64,000 bases of DNA from Barthelona sp. PCE (Eukaryota): contig JAUFOR010000008.1 of the NCBI GenBank assembly GCA_040285745.1, positions 496,001-560,000 on the forward strand. Direction: 5' to 3'. Position numbers and translations under genes: made by a program. The notes below the pieces were generated by a model. The model saw only the letters and a program-made list of their open reading frames with translations, was not told where the DNA came from and searched no databases. Below are positions 20,879-30,091 of this stretch, piece after piece (positions within the stretch are counted from its first letter, which is position 1; the number at the start of each line of letters is the position of its first letter).

Positions 20879-23149
20879 ATGGAGTCCATTGTTTCAAACA
20901 ATGAGCAAACGACTCCGGGCATCCCTACAGTCAGTGCAAACAACTGCCAAGTAGAAGTATTGTATTCTGCTGGTGGTATGCCACAATCACTGTTACTTTC
21001 CTTTGACAATATTACTCTGATGCTCGACTGCGGGTGGACATACGATTTTTCAACACAGTGTTTTGGGAACGACGACTTTAATCAAAAGATTTCTAAAGTT
21101 GATGCAGTTCTCATTACTGAAGGAAGTTTCCAACGATGTGGTGCGCTCCCATATCTTGTTCAGACATTTCTGGGGGATCAGGTCCCAGTTTATATGACAG
21201 AGATTGCTCGTGATTTTGCACTTCTTCACATAAAGGATACTTTCCTCAACCACAGGTTATCGCAGGACATCAACTTATTGTCGCTGTCCGATGTTGACAA
21301 AGTGTTCATGCACCAGGTGCGGCCGTTCGTTTTTCTTTCAGACATTAGAATTTCCAATCTGATGGGCGATGAGTTGCTTCGAGTTGTTGCACGTAGGAGC
21401 GGTACCCTTGTTGGCAGTTGTTATTACCTAATAAGTAGACTTAACTCGAGAACAGCGACAGGAGAACTTGAAAACGATATTCTTTACTCTTCTGAACTCA
21501 ACATCCGTTCAAGCTCGTTTTTGGAGAGTCTCGATCTACCCCGTAACGTGACACCGCGTTATCTCATCACTCTGATGCGCGTCCCCCCTGTGGTAACCAA
21601 AACAGGGCGACTCTGTCTGGATCGCGACGCAAAGAACAAGCCGATCAGAAAGATTCTGTTGACAAGCAAAGCCCGCAGGCACACGTTGCAACAGACGCTC
21701 CGTAAGCTATTGAAGAGAGCAAAGAACAACACTGTTGATCCTGGTAATATCTTGATTCCTACGTCCACGTACGGTGTGTCAATGGAAGTTATTTTGGCGC
21801 TGGAGAGTGTATACGAGGCCAGAAAGGAGAAGCGTGGTGTGGTATACCCGTGGAAGGTCTTTTACGTTTCCCCATTGGCCAGAAATATTTTGAGTCTAGC
21901 GCAACGGTGCACAAACTGGTATGGTAAACCTGTAACAACCGCATTATTCAACAACCTTGAGACGAGTGTTGGCACGAAATCGTTGAACCCATTTGATCTT
22001 GATCACATAACTTTGGAGATGGATTTTGAAAATGTTCTGAACTACACTGGACCAAAAATTATTATTGGTGGTGATAAGGACCTGAGTTCAACGCCTGCGC
22101 GATGGATATTTGAGTCTGTTGCTAGATCTCGCAATAATCAGATCTTGTTGGTTGAACAGCCCAATAGTAATAGTCTTAGCGAGTACTTGTTACAGACTCT
22201 TTACACAAGCAAGACGGTACAAACTCAAGTGAGGAAGAAGGTTGTGCTTGGTGATAGAGAGGCAGTTGAAGTCCGCGAGGAAGTTGCACGTATGGAAACA
22301 GTTGATATTGAGAAGGATGATGAGACCACTACAAAACTAATGAAGAGAATTGAGACATGTTGTATTGATCGCTTTGACAGCTCTACTTTCTCACGTCTCC
22401 CTCCCCCGAAATTGCAAGCGCTTGACTGGACGGGTTTCGATTTCGATCACAATATTATTGGTTGCTTGGAACCTAAGACGGAGGAGTATGAGGACATTAG
22501 TGTCTTTGACGAATCCATCGAAGAAAAGACTGTCTTCCAGTACACATCACGTACAGAGGACATACTCGTACGATGCAAGATTGGGTGTATTCCATTCGAT
22601 GCTGCGTTCACGTGCGAGGATTTGATACATTTGGTCAAGGCAGCTTCCGTCAGGAATACAATTGTTTATGGCCCCACCCCTGCTGTGAATCAGGTCGTTT
22701 CAGTTGGCAGGAAGGCCGGTATTACCGCTCTGAAGCCCGGCACACCGCATCAGCTGGTGCTCCCACTTGAAGTCATCCCCTCTCATATGAGCTCAGAGAG
22801 CTCGAAAGCTCTTCACATGGAGGACATTGGTGGATCAGTGGAGATCGCCTCTGCTTTCGCTGGGCTCTCAATTGACCCCATGACTCGTGAAGAAGTGCTT
22901 GAGAAAAAAGATCGCATAGCGCCAAGAAGTCTTTCCTTATTACCGCATCAGTACAAGCCCCTCCCATTGCTAGCTCAGACCCTTAAGGGGGCAGGCTACA
23001 ACGTCATTGGTCCATTTAATGGTACAATAACAGTTAACGGTTGTGTTATGATCAAGAAGAAGAAGAATACATTTACGTTATCTGGTTTACTAAATAGAGA
23101 GTATTCTCTCATCATAAATGAAATTAGGAATATCGTACTGCGTGCTTAA
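20879..23149 (+). CDS. CPSF2: Cleavage and polyadenylation specificity factor subunit 2 (CPSF100; inactive metallo-beta-lactamase/beta-CASP)
   Basis: LMLDCGW, VDAVLIT…CGALPYL (HxHxDH motif lost), GNILIP, GPKII; C-terminal GTITVNGCVMIKK…LSGLLNREY like CPSF100_C. Confidence 0.85.
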   Translation: MESIVSNNEQTTPGIPTVSANNCQVEVLYSAGGMPQSLLLSFDNITLMLDCGWTYDFSTQCFGNDDFNQKISKVDAVLITEGSFQRCGALPYLVQTFLGDQVPVYMTEIARDFALLHIKDTFLNHRLSQDINLLSLSDVDKVFMHQVRPFVFLSDIRISNLMGDELLRVVARRSGTLVGSCYYLISRLNSRTATGELENDILYSSELNIRSSSFLESLDLPRNVTPRYLITLMRVPPVVTKTGRLCLDRDAKNKPIRKILLTSKARRHTLQQTLRKLLKRAKNNTVDPGNILIPTSTYGVSMEVILALESVYEARKEKRGVVYPWKVFYVSPLARNILSLAQRCTNWYGKPVTTALFNNLETSVGTKSLNPFDLDHITLEMDFENVLNYTGPKIIIGGDKDLSSTPARWIFESVARSRNNQILLVEQPNSNSLSEYLLQTLYTSKTVQTQVRKKVVLGDREAVEVREEVARMETVDIEKDDETTTKLMKRIETCCIDRFDSSTFSRLPPPKLQALDWTGFDFDHNIIGCLEPKTEEYEDISVFDESIEEKTVFQYTSRTEDILVRCKIGCIPFDAAFTCEDLIHLVKAASVRNTIVYGPTPAVNQVVSVGRKAGITALKPGTPHQLVLPLEVIPSHMSSESSKALHMEDIGGSVEIASAFAGLSIDPMTREEVLEKKDRIAPRSLSLLPHQYKPLPLLAQTLKGAGYNVIGPFNGTITVNGCVMIKKKKNTFTLSGLLNREYSLIINEIRNIVLRA

Positions 23150-23153
23150 TATC

Positions 23154-25775
23154 CTAAGACTCAATAAACTCTAACGGAATTGTTTGCGATTGTGAGTTTT
23201 GCGAATTTTCAGACATTGAGTCCATACCGGAATCGAAATCAGCAACCATCAACAGGTCTTGATTGAAGGGAGAGTTCGTGTTACCCGGTCGTGCAACCAA
23301 AAACTTCAACTGAGAATCGGAAACATTATAACGAACACTATCTCTAGCACTTTTCTCAACTTCCAACTCGATCTCCATGGAGGGGACAGAAAACATTGAA
23401 CGGCTCTTGATCTTATGTTTCACGAGTGGTGATCGGAGTGGATTAACCACTTCTTCGAAACGTTCTTCTGAGTTCTGAGTGTTAAACTGCTCCAGCAACT
23501 CAGACACGTCCTCGAACTGTTGGTTCTTCTCACAGTCCCGCACATACTCCATTGACCGAATGATATACTGTACAACGTGGACTGCGTTGTCATTGTACAT
23601 CACAACAGGATCACCGGACTTCTTTCTGATTGTTATCATCCTGTCATCACAGTCTATGTTCATGATGGCAACGAACGGGATCTCGTCAAGGACTCTCTTT
23701 TTCTTAACAAATAATACAGAATTCAAAGTAACAATCATGTGAGACATCTGACGCATGCCCTTCCTGATTGATACTTCCTCAAACAGCTCAACCTCGGCGA
23801 CAAAGTTGCGCCTTGATGCGTCCAGGATCGTCTCGATAAATTTCGTTCTGTCCAAGAAGCTGTCCAAGACAATCTCAATGTTCGACTCATTAGGAAGCAT
23901 CAAATCTTCAACATCGAGTTCCGTATCCGCGTTGAGCTGCAGTATCAGCCTCTTGGGGAACGAATTATCAAGAATAATTTGCTGAATCCCACTCAGTGAT
24001 AAAGTAAACTCAAAACGGTTTTGTGAAAAGAATACCAGTGCATCAGTCACAAATCTAATCAAAAACTTGCGTGACTTGAGCTCTCCTCTGCTGATGGAAA
24101 CAGATACGCCTCGTTCCTTGTGATCAGACTGCTTGGTTTCAATAGGGATATCGAGACCAGAATCCGTCACATAAGACAGCGCTTGGCGCCATTCCTTGAA
24201 TATGCGCACGCTCTTGTACAGCGATCTGCGCATCATAGGCTTGAGTACGTTCAAAACAGCTGAAGTGTAGTATGGTGCGAGTAAAAAGATACACTGGAGA
24301 TGTACTTCAATGGATTTGTGAAAGTTTTTAATGCAAAACGCCAGTGTTTGGAGCAAGGCAATTGATGATTCAGATGTAATGTTAAGTAAGGATTCTGCAA
24401 AACATAAGTCTGCAAAGAGCGCCCAGTTGACCGTCTCAACCCCTTTTGTTGTCAAAACCTTATGAATATACAGTGCGATGTCCTCAATTGAATACGAGGA
24501 AACAATGTCAAAGAATCTTGTGCCAATAAAGAAAAAAATTAAATTTCCTTGGCGGTCGCGACTCTCTGTGCAATAAAAAAACTTTGATTGATCAAGAGCA
24601 TTCGCTATCATACCATTGATCTGCACATTCTCCACATCAACATCAGCTGTGTCTTGCAGTTCCTGTGTCAATGTATTGCTGATCGATTTTTTGGCCTTCT
24701 TCCTCTGGAAATCCACGTGTAAGTCGTTGTCTGGGGGCGCACCGAGGCGCTTATAGAAGTCTATAGACTCGAACGTTCCACCTAAACTTACAATGGAGTG
24801 AGAAAACCCGTGTGATACCGAAGAGTGTGTATCAACGTAAATGCTGATGTCTGCTCTCTTATCAATGAAATAGTTCCACATATCTAGCAGCCTTCGTTCG
24901 TCGTACTCCTGTGCGGGGAACGCGACAATGGAGTCGCACGGGGTTGCACTAATATCGATACACAACGTTAATAGCCAGTCGTCTATCTGGGGCAGAGCAT
25001 AGTCAATGAACCCGTTGAGAGGGGCAAGATCAGGTTCTTTCATACCAAATCTAGAGTGGTTGGAAGTTTTCTGCAACACCTTGGAAATTAGCACAAAATT
25101 GTTCTTGATTGGTTTTGTGAACTCACGAATACGCTCTGGGAATAGAAGCATGGGTGCTGCAATCATGGGGTTGATGAAACGAAGGAAAAGAAGGCCGCCA
25201 ATCATTCTTGAAGGATCCTTAATGTCAAAATTCTCACAGGACAACAAACAGACACCGGCCAGTACCCTAATGGATATGGGCATGCGGGAGATTGACTCTG
25301 ACGAGATCAATCGGCCCAGAAACGTGTTGACGATCTTTTCAAACTGACGTACCCTCGCATCAACAACAATTCTGTATTCTTTCTCGCTGTTAGAGGTGAT
25401 CTTGTGGCGGTTGAGTGTGAAGTTATAATCATTACTGAGCATATCCTCAACAAGCGGAGTCATCAACCACTTCAGGTACTCCTCGCCTTCTCTTCTGAGA
25501 AACTCGCAAAGAACATATGATGCCGTTGTGTTTTCACGGAGAATAACATTGGGGTTCTCACTGCGTTCTATTTCAGCAAACAGAATTGCTGACAAGAGAA
25601 CTTGGCTATGATCGTTCACATCGCCGATATGAAGAAGAATGTCGGCTATTCGCTTTCTATTGAGATAGTCGTTCAAACTGCCAAGGCCCTGGACCCAACG
25701 AATATCCGTAAGAAGCTTTGAAATCAAAAGGTTGATTTGATCGCTAAACAGAAGCAGTTTATGCGATTCAGACAT
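23154..25775 (-). CDS. Neurofibromin-like RasGAP (RasGAP + Sec14-like + PH-like)
   Basis: Arginine finger ILRENT; FLRFINPMIAAP; LISKVLQ; Sec14-like FFYCTESRDRQGNLIFFFIGTRF…WALFADL. Confidence 0.88.
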   Translation of the reverse strand: MSESHKLLLFSDQINLLISKLLTDIRWVQGLGSLNDYLNRKRIADILLHIGDVNDHSQVLLSAILFAEIERSENPNVILRENTTASYVLCEFLRREGEEYLKWLMTPLVEDMLSNDYNFTLNRHKITSNSEKEYRIVVDARVRQFEKIVNTFLGRLISSESISRMPISIRVLAGVCLLSCENFDIKDPSRMIGGLLFLRFINPMIAAPMLLFPERIREFTKPIKNNFVLISKVLQKTSNHSRFGMKEPDLAPLNGFIDYALPQIDDWLLTLCIDISATPCDSIVAFPAQEYDERRLLDMWNYFIDKRADISIYVDTHSSVSHGFSHSIVSLGGTFESIDFYKRLGAPPDNDLHVDFQRKKAKKSISNTLTQELQDTADVDVENVQINGMIANALDQSKFFYCTESRDRQGNLIFFFIGTRFFDIVSSYSIEDIALYIHKVLTTKGVETVNWALFADLCFAESLLNITSESSIALLQTLAFCIKNFHKSIEVHLQCIFLLAPYYTSAVLNVLKPMMRRSLYKSVRIFKEWRQALSYVTDSGLDIPIETKQSDHKERGVSVSISRGELKSRKFLIRFVTDALVFFSQNRFEFTLSLSGIQQIILDNSFPKRLILQLNADTELDVEDLMLPNESNIEIVLDSFLDRTKFIETILDASRRNFVAEVELFEEVSIRKGMRQMSHMIVTLNSVLFVKKKRVLDEIPFVAIMNIDCDDRMITIRKKSGDPVVMYNDNAVHVVQYIIRSMEYVRDCEKNQQFEDVSELLEQFNTQNSEERFEEVVNPLRSPLVKHKIKSRSMFSVPSMEIELEVEKSARDSVRYNVSDSQLKFLVARPGNTNSPFNQDLLMVADFDSGMDSMSENSQNSQSQTIPLEFIES

Positions 25776-25898
25776 GTAGAATCGGCGTGCCCTGTTGGTA
25801 AGTGTGGGAAAAGAGGGTGAAAAACAAAAACAAGTCGAGGTGGTTTGAATGAATGATACTCACTTTACAACCTTAATCACACAATTTAACCACTTTAA

Positions 25899-26750
25899 AT
25901 GGGCTTTTTTAAACGGAAACACAAGTCTTTTCATATTCTTGAAGCCAAAGCAGCAAAAAGCAAAGAGAAGTTAGCTGTCTTTGAGGCTGAACTTGAATCT
26001 ATAAATGAGAAGGACTCTTCACCACCATTAATCCCGTATCTCGTGGTTGTCATGATATCAATCGCAATCTATAAAGGCGCACAATTGTTTATTCCAGTGA
26101 AACGTGTGTATTTACTATTGTTATTACCGTTTACTGGATTATATTACAAGTTACCCATATACATACACAATCGTCGCATCCATAAACTTCAAGATAAGAT
26201 ATATTCAGAACGAATGAACATGAAAAAGATCATTGCTTTACTAAAAGATGATGGTTTTGAAGAAAAACTTCAAATGATTGAGGAACTTGAACAAACAGCT
26301 ACTCCCATACGTACTAGATCACAGCCAGTTGCAAGGGAGGAGTGTGCTGATGCTGCAGATGAAGTCAAGGTGAAGAAAAATGGGATGATTAAAAATATGC
26401 TTGACAGAGTTGTTGATTCAGCAGTTGATTTTGAAAACGCCCATCCAATATTCACAACAGATGAGAGCGATGAAGAAATCTCTCACGAGACGAGTAAGCA
26501 AGAGGTGGAACCTAAGCAAGAGGTGGAATCCAAGCAAGAGGAAGAAGCTCACCAAGAAGCTGTTAAAGAAGCTGTTAAAGATGAAGAAGCTGTTAAAGAA
26601 GCTGTTAAAGATGAAGAAGCTGAAGAATCGACAGAGCTTCTGCGCCTCTTTTTAAAGAGTGTTATAGCTTCCAAAGAAGCCCTCACAGTTGATCTAGCGA
26701 GGGATATCCTTCATGGAATAGAGAATCTAGAAGCAGAAAATGATGGCTAA
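25899..26750 (+). CDS. LNPK: Lunapark-like ER junction protein (no zinc ribbon)
   Basis: MGFFKRK (myristoylation-type start), coiled coil, two adjacent TM segments, second coiled coil, MLDRVVDSAV motif. Confidence 0.55.
   Translation: MGFFKRKHKSFHILEAKAAKSKEKLAVFEAELESINEKDSSPPLIPYLVVVMISIAIYKGAQLFIPVKRVYLLLLLPFTGLYYKLPIYIHNRRIHKLQDKIYSERMNMKKIIALLKDDGFEEKLQMIEELEQTATPIRTRSQPVAREECADAADEVKVKKNGMIKNMLDRVVDSAVDFENAHPIFTTDESDEEISHETSKQEVEPKQEVESKQEEEAHQEAVKEAVKDEEAVKEAVKDEEAEESTELLRLFLKSVIASKEALTVDLARDILHGIENLEAENDG
26496..26622 (+). repeat. Coding tandem repeats: 18-bp unit (KQEVEP/S) x2.5, then 30-bp unit AAGAAGCTGTTAAAGAAGCTGTTAAAGATG x2.3
   Basis: Directly visible at 26496-26541 and 26554-26622. 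Confidence 0.9.
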
Positions 26751-27232
26751 TCGTAAAACATTTGATCCTCTTCGTAAACTGCATCAGTATATTCTTCATT
26801 ATTGATATCTACATCATTTGTTTCGTCTTCATAATCCTCTTCCTCTGCCCCATCAATCATGTATGATTGTGTTTGACTAAACCTATTGTACTTCAACAAT
26901 TCTCCTGGGTACGGATATGGATATCCAGGCAGGTTATAAATAAATTGGAAATCAGATATGCCGACTGCTGAAAGGCTGAATGCTTTTCTATCATTCTCGT
27001 TTGGAAGAAAGAATTCATGATTGGGAGTATAAAAATCGTCAAAACCTTCGAATTTTTTTGTTTGTGTTCCTTTTTTGCTGTTCTCCATCTGTCTTTGTTG
27101 CTGTTTAAGTTTGTAATAGCCCGTATAGCATGGCAAACGCTTCATTTTCATATATTGTCTTGCAAAGAACATGTCTGCTTTGGGATCGACTCCACAAAGC
27201 CTCTTAAATGCATCTGGAAGCTCTGGGTTCAT
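26747..27232 (-). CDS. Small acidic-tailed protein, possibly RNA polymerase III subunit RPC31/POLR3G-like
   Basis: First ATG 27232 (161 aa); PCYTG and YPGELL resemble Rpc31 PFYTG and FPxEL; acidic tail ending in aromatic residues (EEEDYEDETND…QMFYD). Confidence 0.45.
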   Translation of the reverse strand: MNPELPDAFKRLCGVDPKADMFFARQYMKMKRLPCYTGYYKLKQQQRQMENSKKGTQTKKFEGFDDFYTPNHEFFLPNENDRKAFSLSAVGISDFQFIYNLPGYPYPYPGELLKYNRFSQTQSYMIDGAEEEDYEDETNDVDINNEEYTDAVYEEDQMFYD

Positions 27233-27480
27233 TTTGAAAGTGTTAAAATTGGATAGAAAAAATTTAACAGCTGATTGAGAAAACGAAAATTTCAAGTGCT
27301 CATGAATGTTTGGGTGCTACACCCTACGATCACAGCCACAGCTTTCGTATACAAGTTCCAATATCCAGAGATAGCACACTAATAGTTTGCAGGCCTATAA
27401 CTGTTTGTTATTCAGGTGAGTTTTTCCCTATATCAGAACACAATTGAATCATATCAGAACAGACCGCTCAAAAAAGACTC

Positions 27481-30057
27481 ATGACTGCCATAAAGAATGT
27501 ATTCAATTTTTTTTCATCTTCTACGTTTCTTTCAATGTCAATATTAAGACTTGAGGGTTACGACATCAATAACCACGATTTAGCCGGTAAGAAAACCATT
27601 AAAAAGCTGTGTGCGCTTCTAGCCAGTGATTTCCGTTTTCAAAAGCAGTTTGTATCCTCACTTGAAGGCGGTCACAGCGATTTCTTTGGCGAGCTGGCAG
27701 CTTTCACCCTTCACCAGCACGGATTACGCTCCCTTGCAGAATTACTTCAACAAGAACTATCACAAACTCGTGAAGAGTCGCTTGCATTAAGAGGTTCAGG
27801 CTTCAACATGAGGTTTCTATCGGTTTTCCTGCGTATTGTCGGAGCAACTTATATAAAATCGCTGCTTGGAGAATTGATTGAAAAGCTCATTCTAGACGTT
27901 GATTATGATATTGAAATCGACATCAACAAGGTCCAAGATGAGACCATGCTTAAATCAAATGTACAGCGTTTCCTTACTATTGGCCGGCAGTTTCTTGACT
28001 CATTATTTGACGCTTCTTCCATTCAAAATATCCCTTTCCCAATAAGATACCTGTGCTGCATTGCCGCAAACGCAGGTAAAGATATCTGTCAAGGTGATAC
28101 AACCCCACTAATATGCGGAATCCACATTCTGAGATACGTTAGCCCTGCTGTCACCCAGCCAAAAAAATACGGAATTGTTGACTGTGACATTGACATCGCA
28201 GCCCGCAGACGTCTCATTCTGTTGGCAAAGGTCCTTCAGTATATTGGTAACGGTATTGTCCCGAGCGATAACGGAGAGAGCGAGACTTACATGCTAACAA
28301 TGTCTGAATTCATCGATGAAAACATTAGTTCAATGCGCCGCTATCTTTCCCGCGTTGCTGATGTTCCTGCACATACCCTGAGCCTCTCTGAAATTGCACC
28401 AGACAGTGTCAACTGGGACTCTCTTCTGACACCCAAACACAGAGCCGCTTTACAGTACGTGATCGTGCTAAACGCTATTCCCATTGCTGTTCACTGTCAG
28501 CAGTACTCCCTTTTCTCATCCCAGGTGCGTAGACACAGACCAATCCCGCACGTGCAGGCTGACCGTGAGTTCCTATCTATTATAAGTGGATTAGGGGAAC
28601 CTGCGTACGCCCCAGACCTTCCCCTGATGCAGCTGCTCCATTCTCAACCACTTGAACTCAATGAAGCGTTTGAGATTGATATGAAGACCGAGCTCAACGC
28701 TGTTGAGAGGAGCAAGGATGACTGGGTATCCTTACGCGTCAATTGCATAAAGGAGATTCTATGGCGTGATTACCGGGAACGTGGTCGCAAATTGAAGTCT
28801 GGTGGTGAGTTCATTTATGTTATAAAGCCAAATCTTGATGTTGTTGAAGACGAAGAGGTGCATGCAACAACTAAGCGGGGCTTTTTCGGACGGGGGAAGG
28901 CTGCCAAGGACTTACGTTATTGTAACGTTTTGTATATAACGCTGGCTAACCTTACACACGCCACTATCCAGACCATTGACAATTTAATCGCTCACATCGC
29001 ACATCACATCGAAGAGAGCAATCTTTGTGATGCGAATTTTGCATGTGTTATCGATGGATCTTTCTATCACATTGAGGAGAACCTGTTAGACTTCTTCAGA
29101 GAACAGCTTTCTTTCCTTATAACGCTGCTCCCCAGATCACTCACACACCGATGCGAGATGGTTCTGCTGCTGCACCCTACAGAATCGTTGGAGAAGTTTT
29201 CCAAGCCCTTCTTGAACGCCCTTGACCATCGTATGATCCGCAGTGTTGAGGAGCTCAATGACTACTTCACTTCCTCTCAGATAAGGCTCCCAGTTGAATC
29301 TGTGCGTGCACTAACTAAGACATGGAATGTGATCAAGATTAACAAGAGAGGAAAGGAGCAACGTCGTGGTATCAAACTGACCCGTGTCTCTTTGCTCAAT
29401 TTGGACGGTCATAGCATCCAAAACGAAATCTTGCTGCCCCAGATCGATGACATTGTCGTGGATGAAGACAATGTAACTTTCCACCTTCACTTTACTGGAA
29501 ACCCTAAGTGCGTCAGTGAACGTGTACACACACGCGTTGACTTTGGCTCCATTGCGGGCTTCTTCATCAAGAAGGGTAAGAATGGAGTCCGTACATATCG
29601 TGCTAGCAGCGAAGAAGAGTGCTCAACAATTGTGAGTGCTATCACAGAGCTTCGTGAAGCTTGTCCGCAAACAATGCGTGATCCGCTCAACTACCTTGCG
29701 TTTGAGACTATTAAGATCAACAACAAGGGCAAGAGGCAGAACAGGCTCCTCAAGCTCACAAACGATTCGTTACTTAACATTGCCGACAAAAGCATCAAGT
29801 GGGAGAAGCCTATTGCTGGTCTTGTACATTTCAATGCCGATGATATTTCGGTCCACTTGGGTTTCAGGGGTGATGCTAAGCGGTGGATTATCGAAACTCC
29901 ACTGGCTTCGACCCTTGCAGAGGCTCTGAGGCGTGCTTTGCAGCGCGAACATGATATCCAGCAGGGTATTATGACTCAGGATAGTGACAAATACGTTGTA
30001 ACAAGTACAGACGAAACTAAGACTGAGGAGAGTGGAGCTGCTGTTCCCTTTTATTAA
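27481..30057 (+). CDS. RasGAP with Sec14-like region and tandem PH/TH1-like modules
   Basis: ALRGSG arginine finger; ILRYVSPAVTQP; RRRLILLAKVLQ; two copies of KINK/NxGKxQxRxxKLT. Start may be the downstream ATG at 27535. Confidence 0.88.
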   Translation: MTAIKNVFNFFSSSTFLSMSILRLEGYDINNHDLAGKKTIKKLCALLASDFRFQKQFVSSLEGGHSDFFGELAAFTLHQHGLRSLAELLQQELSQTREESLALRGSGFNMRFLSVFLRIVGATYIKSLLGELIEKLILDVDYDIEIDINKVQDETMLKSNVQRFLTIGRQFLDSLFDASSIQNIPFPIRYLCCIAANAGKDICQGDTTPLICGIHILRYVSPAVTQPKKYGIVDCDIDIAARRRLILLAKVLQYIGNGIVPSDNGESETYMLTMSEFIDENISSMRRYLSRVADVPAHTLSLSEIAPDSVNWDSLLTPKHRAALQYVIVLNAIPIAVHCQQYSLFSSQVRRHRPIPHVQADREFLSIISGLGEPAYAPDLPLMQLLHSQPLELNEAFEIDMKTELNAVERSKDDWVSLRVNCIKEILWRDYRERGRKLKSGGEFIYVIKPNLDVVEDEEVHATTKRGFFGRGKAAKDLRYCNVLYITLANLTHATIQTIDNLIAHIAHHIEESNLCDANFACVIDGSFYHIEENLLDFFREQLSFLITLLPRSLTHRCEMVLLLHPTESLEKFSKPFLNALDHRMIRSVEELNDYFTSSQIRLPVESVRALTKTWNVIKINKRGKEQRRGIKLTRVSLLNLDGHSIQNEILLPQIDDIVVDEDNVTFHLHFTGNPKCVSERVHTRVDFGSIAGFFIKKGKNGVRTYRASSEEECSTIVSAITELREACPQTMRDPLNYLAFETIKINNKGKRQNRLLKLTNDSLLNIADKSIKWEKPIAGLVHFNADDISVHLGFRGDAKRWIIETPLASTLAEALRRALQREHDIQQGIMTQDSDKYVVTSTDETKTEESGAAVPFY

Positions 30058-30091
30058 GTTTTTGTAAATTCAGTTATTGATTTAAACTTTA

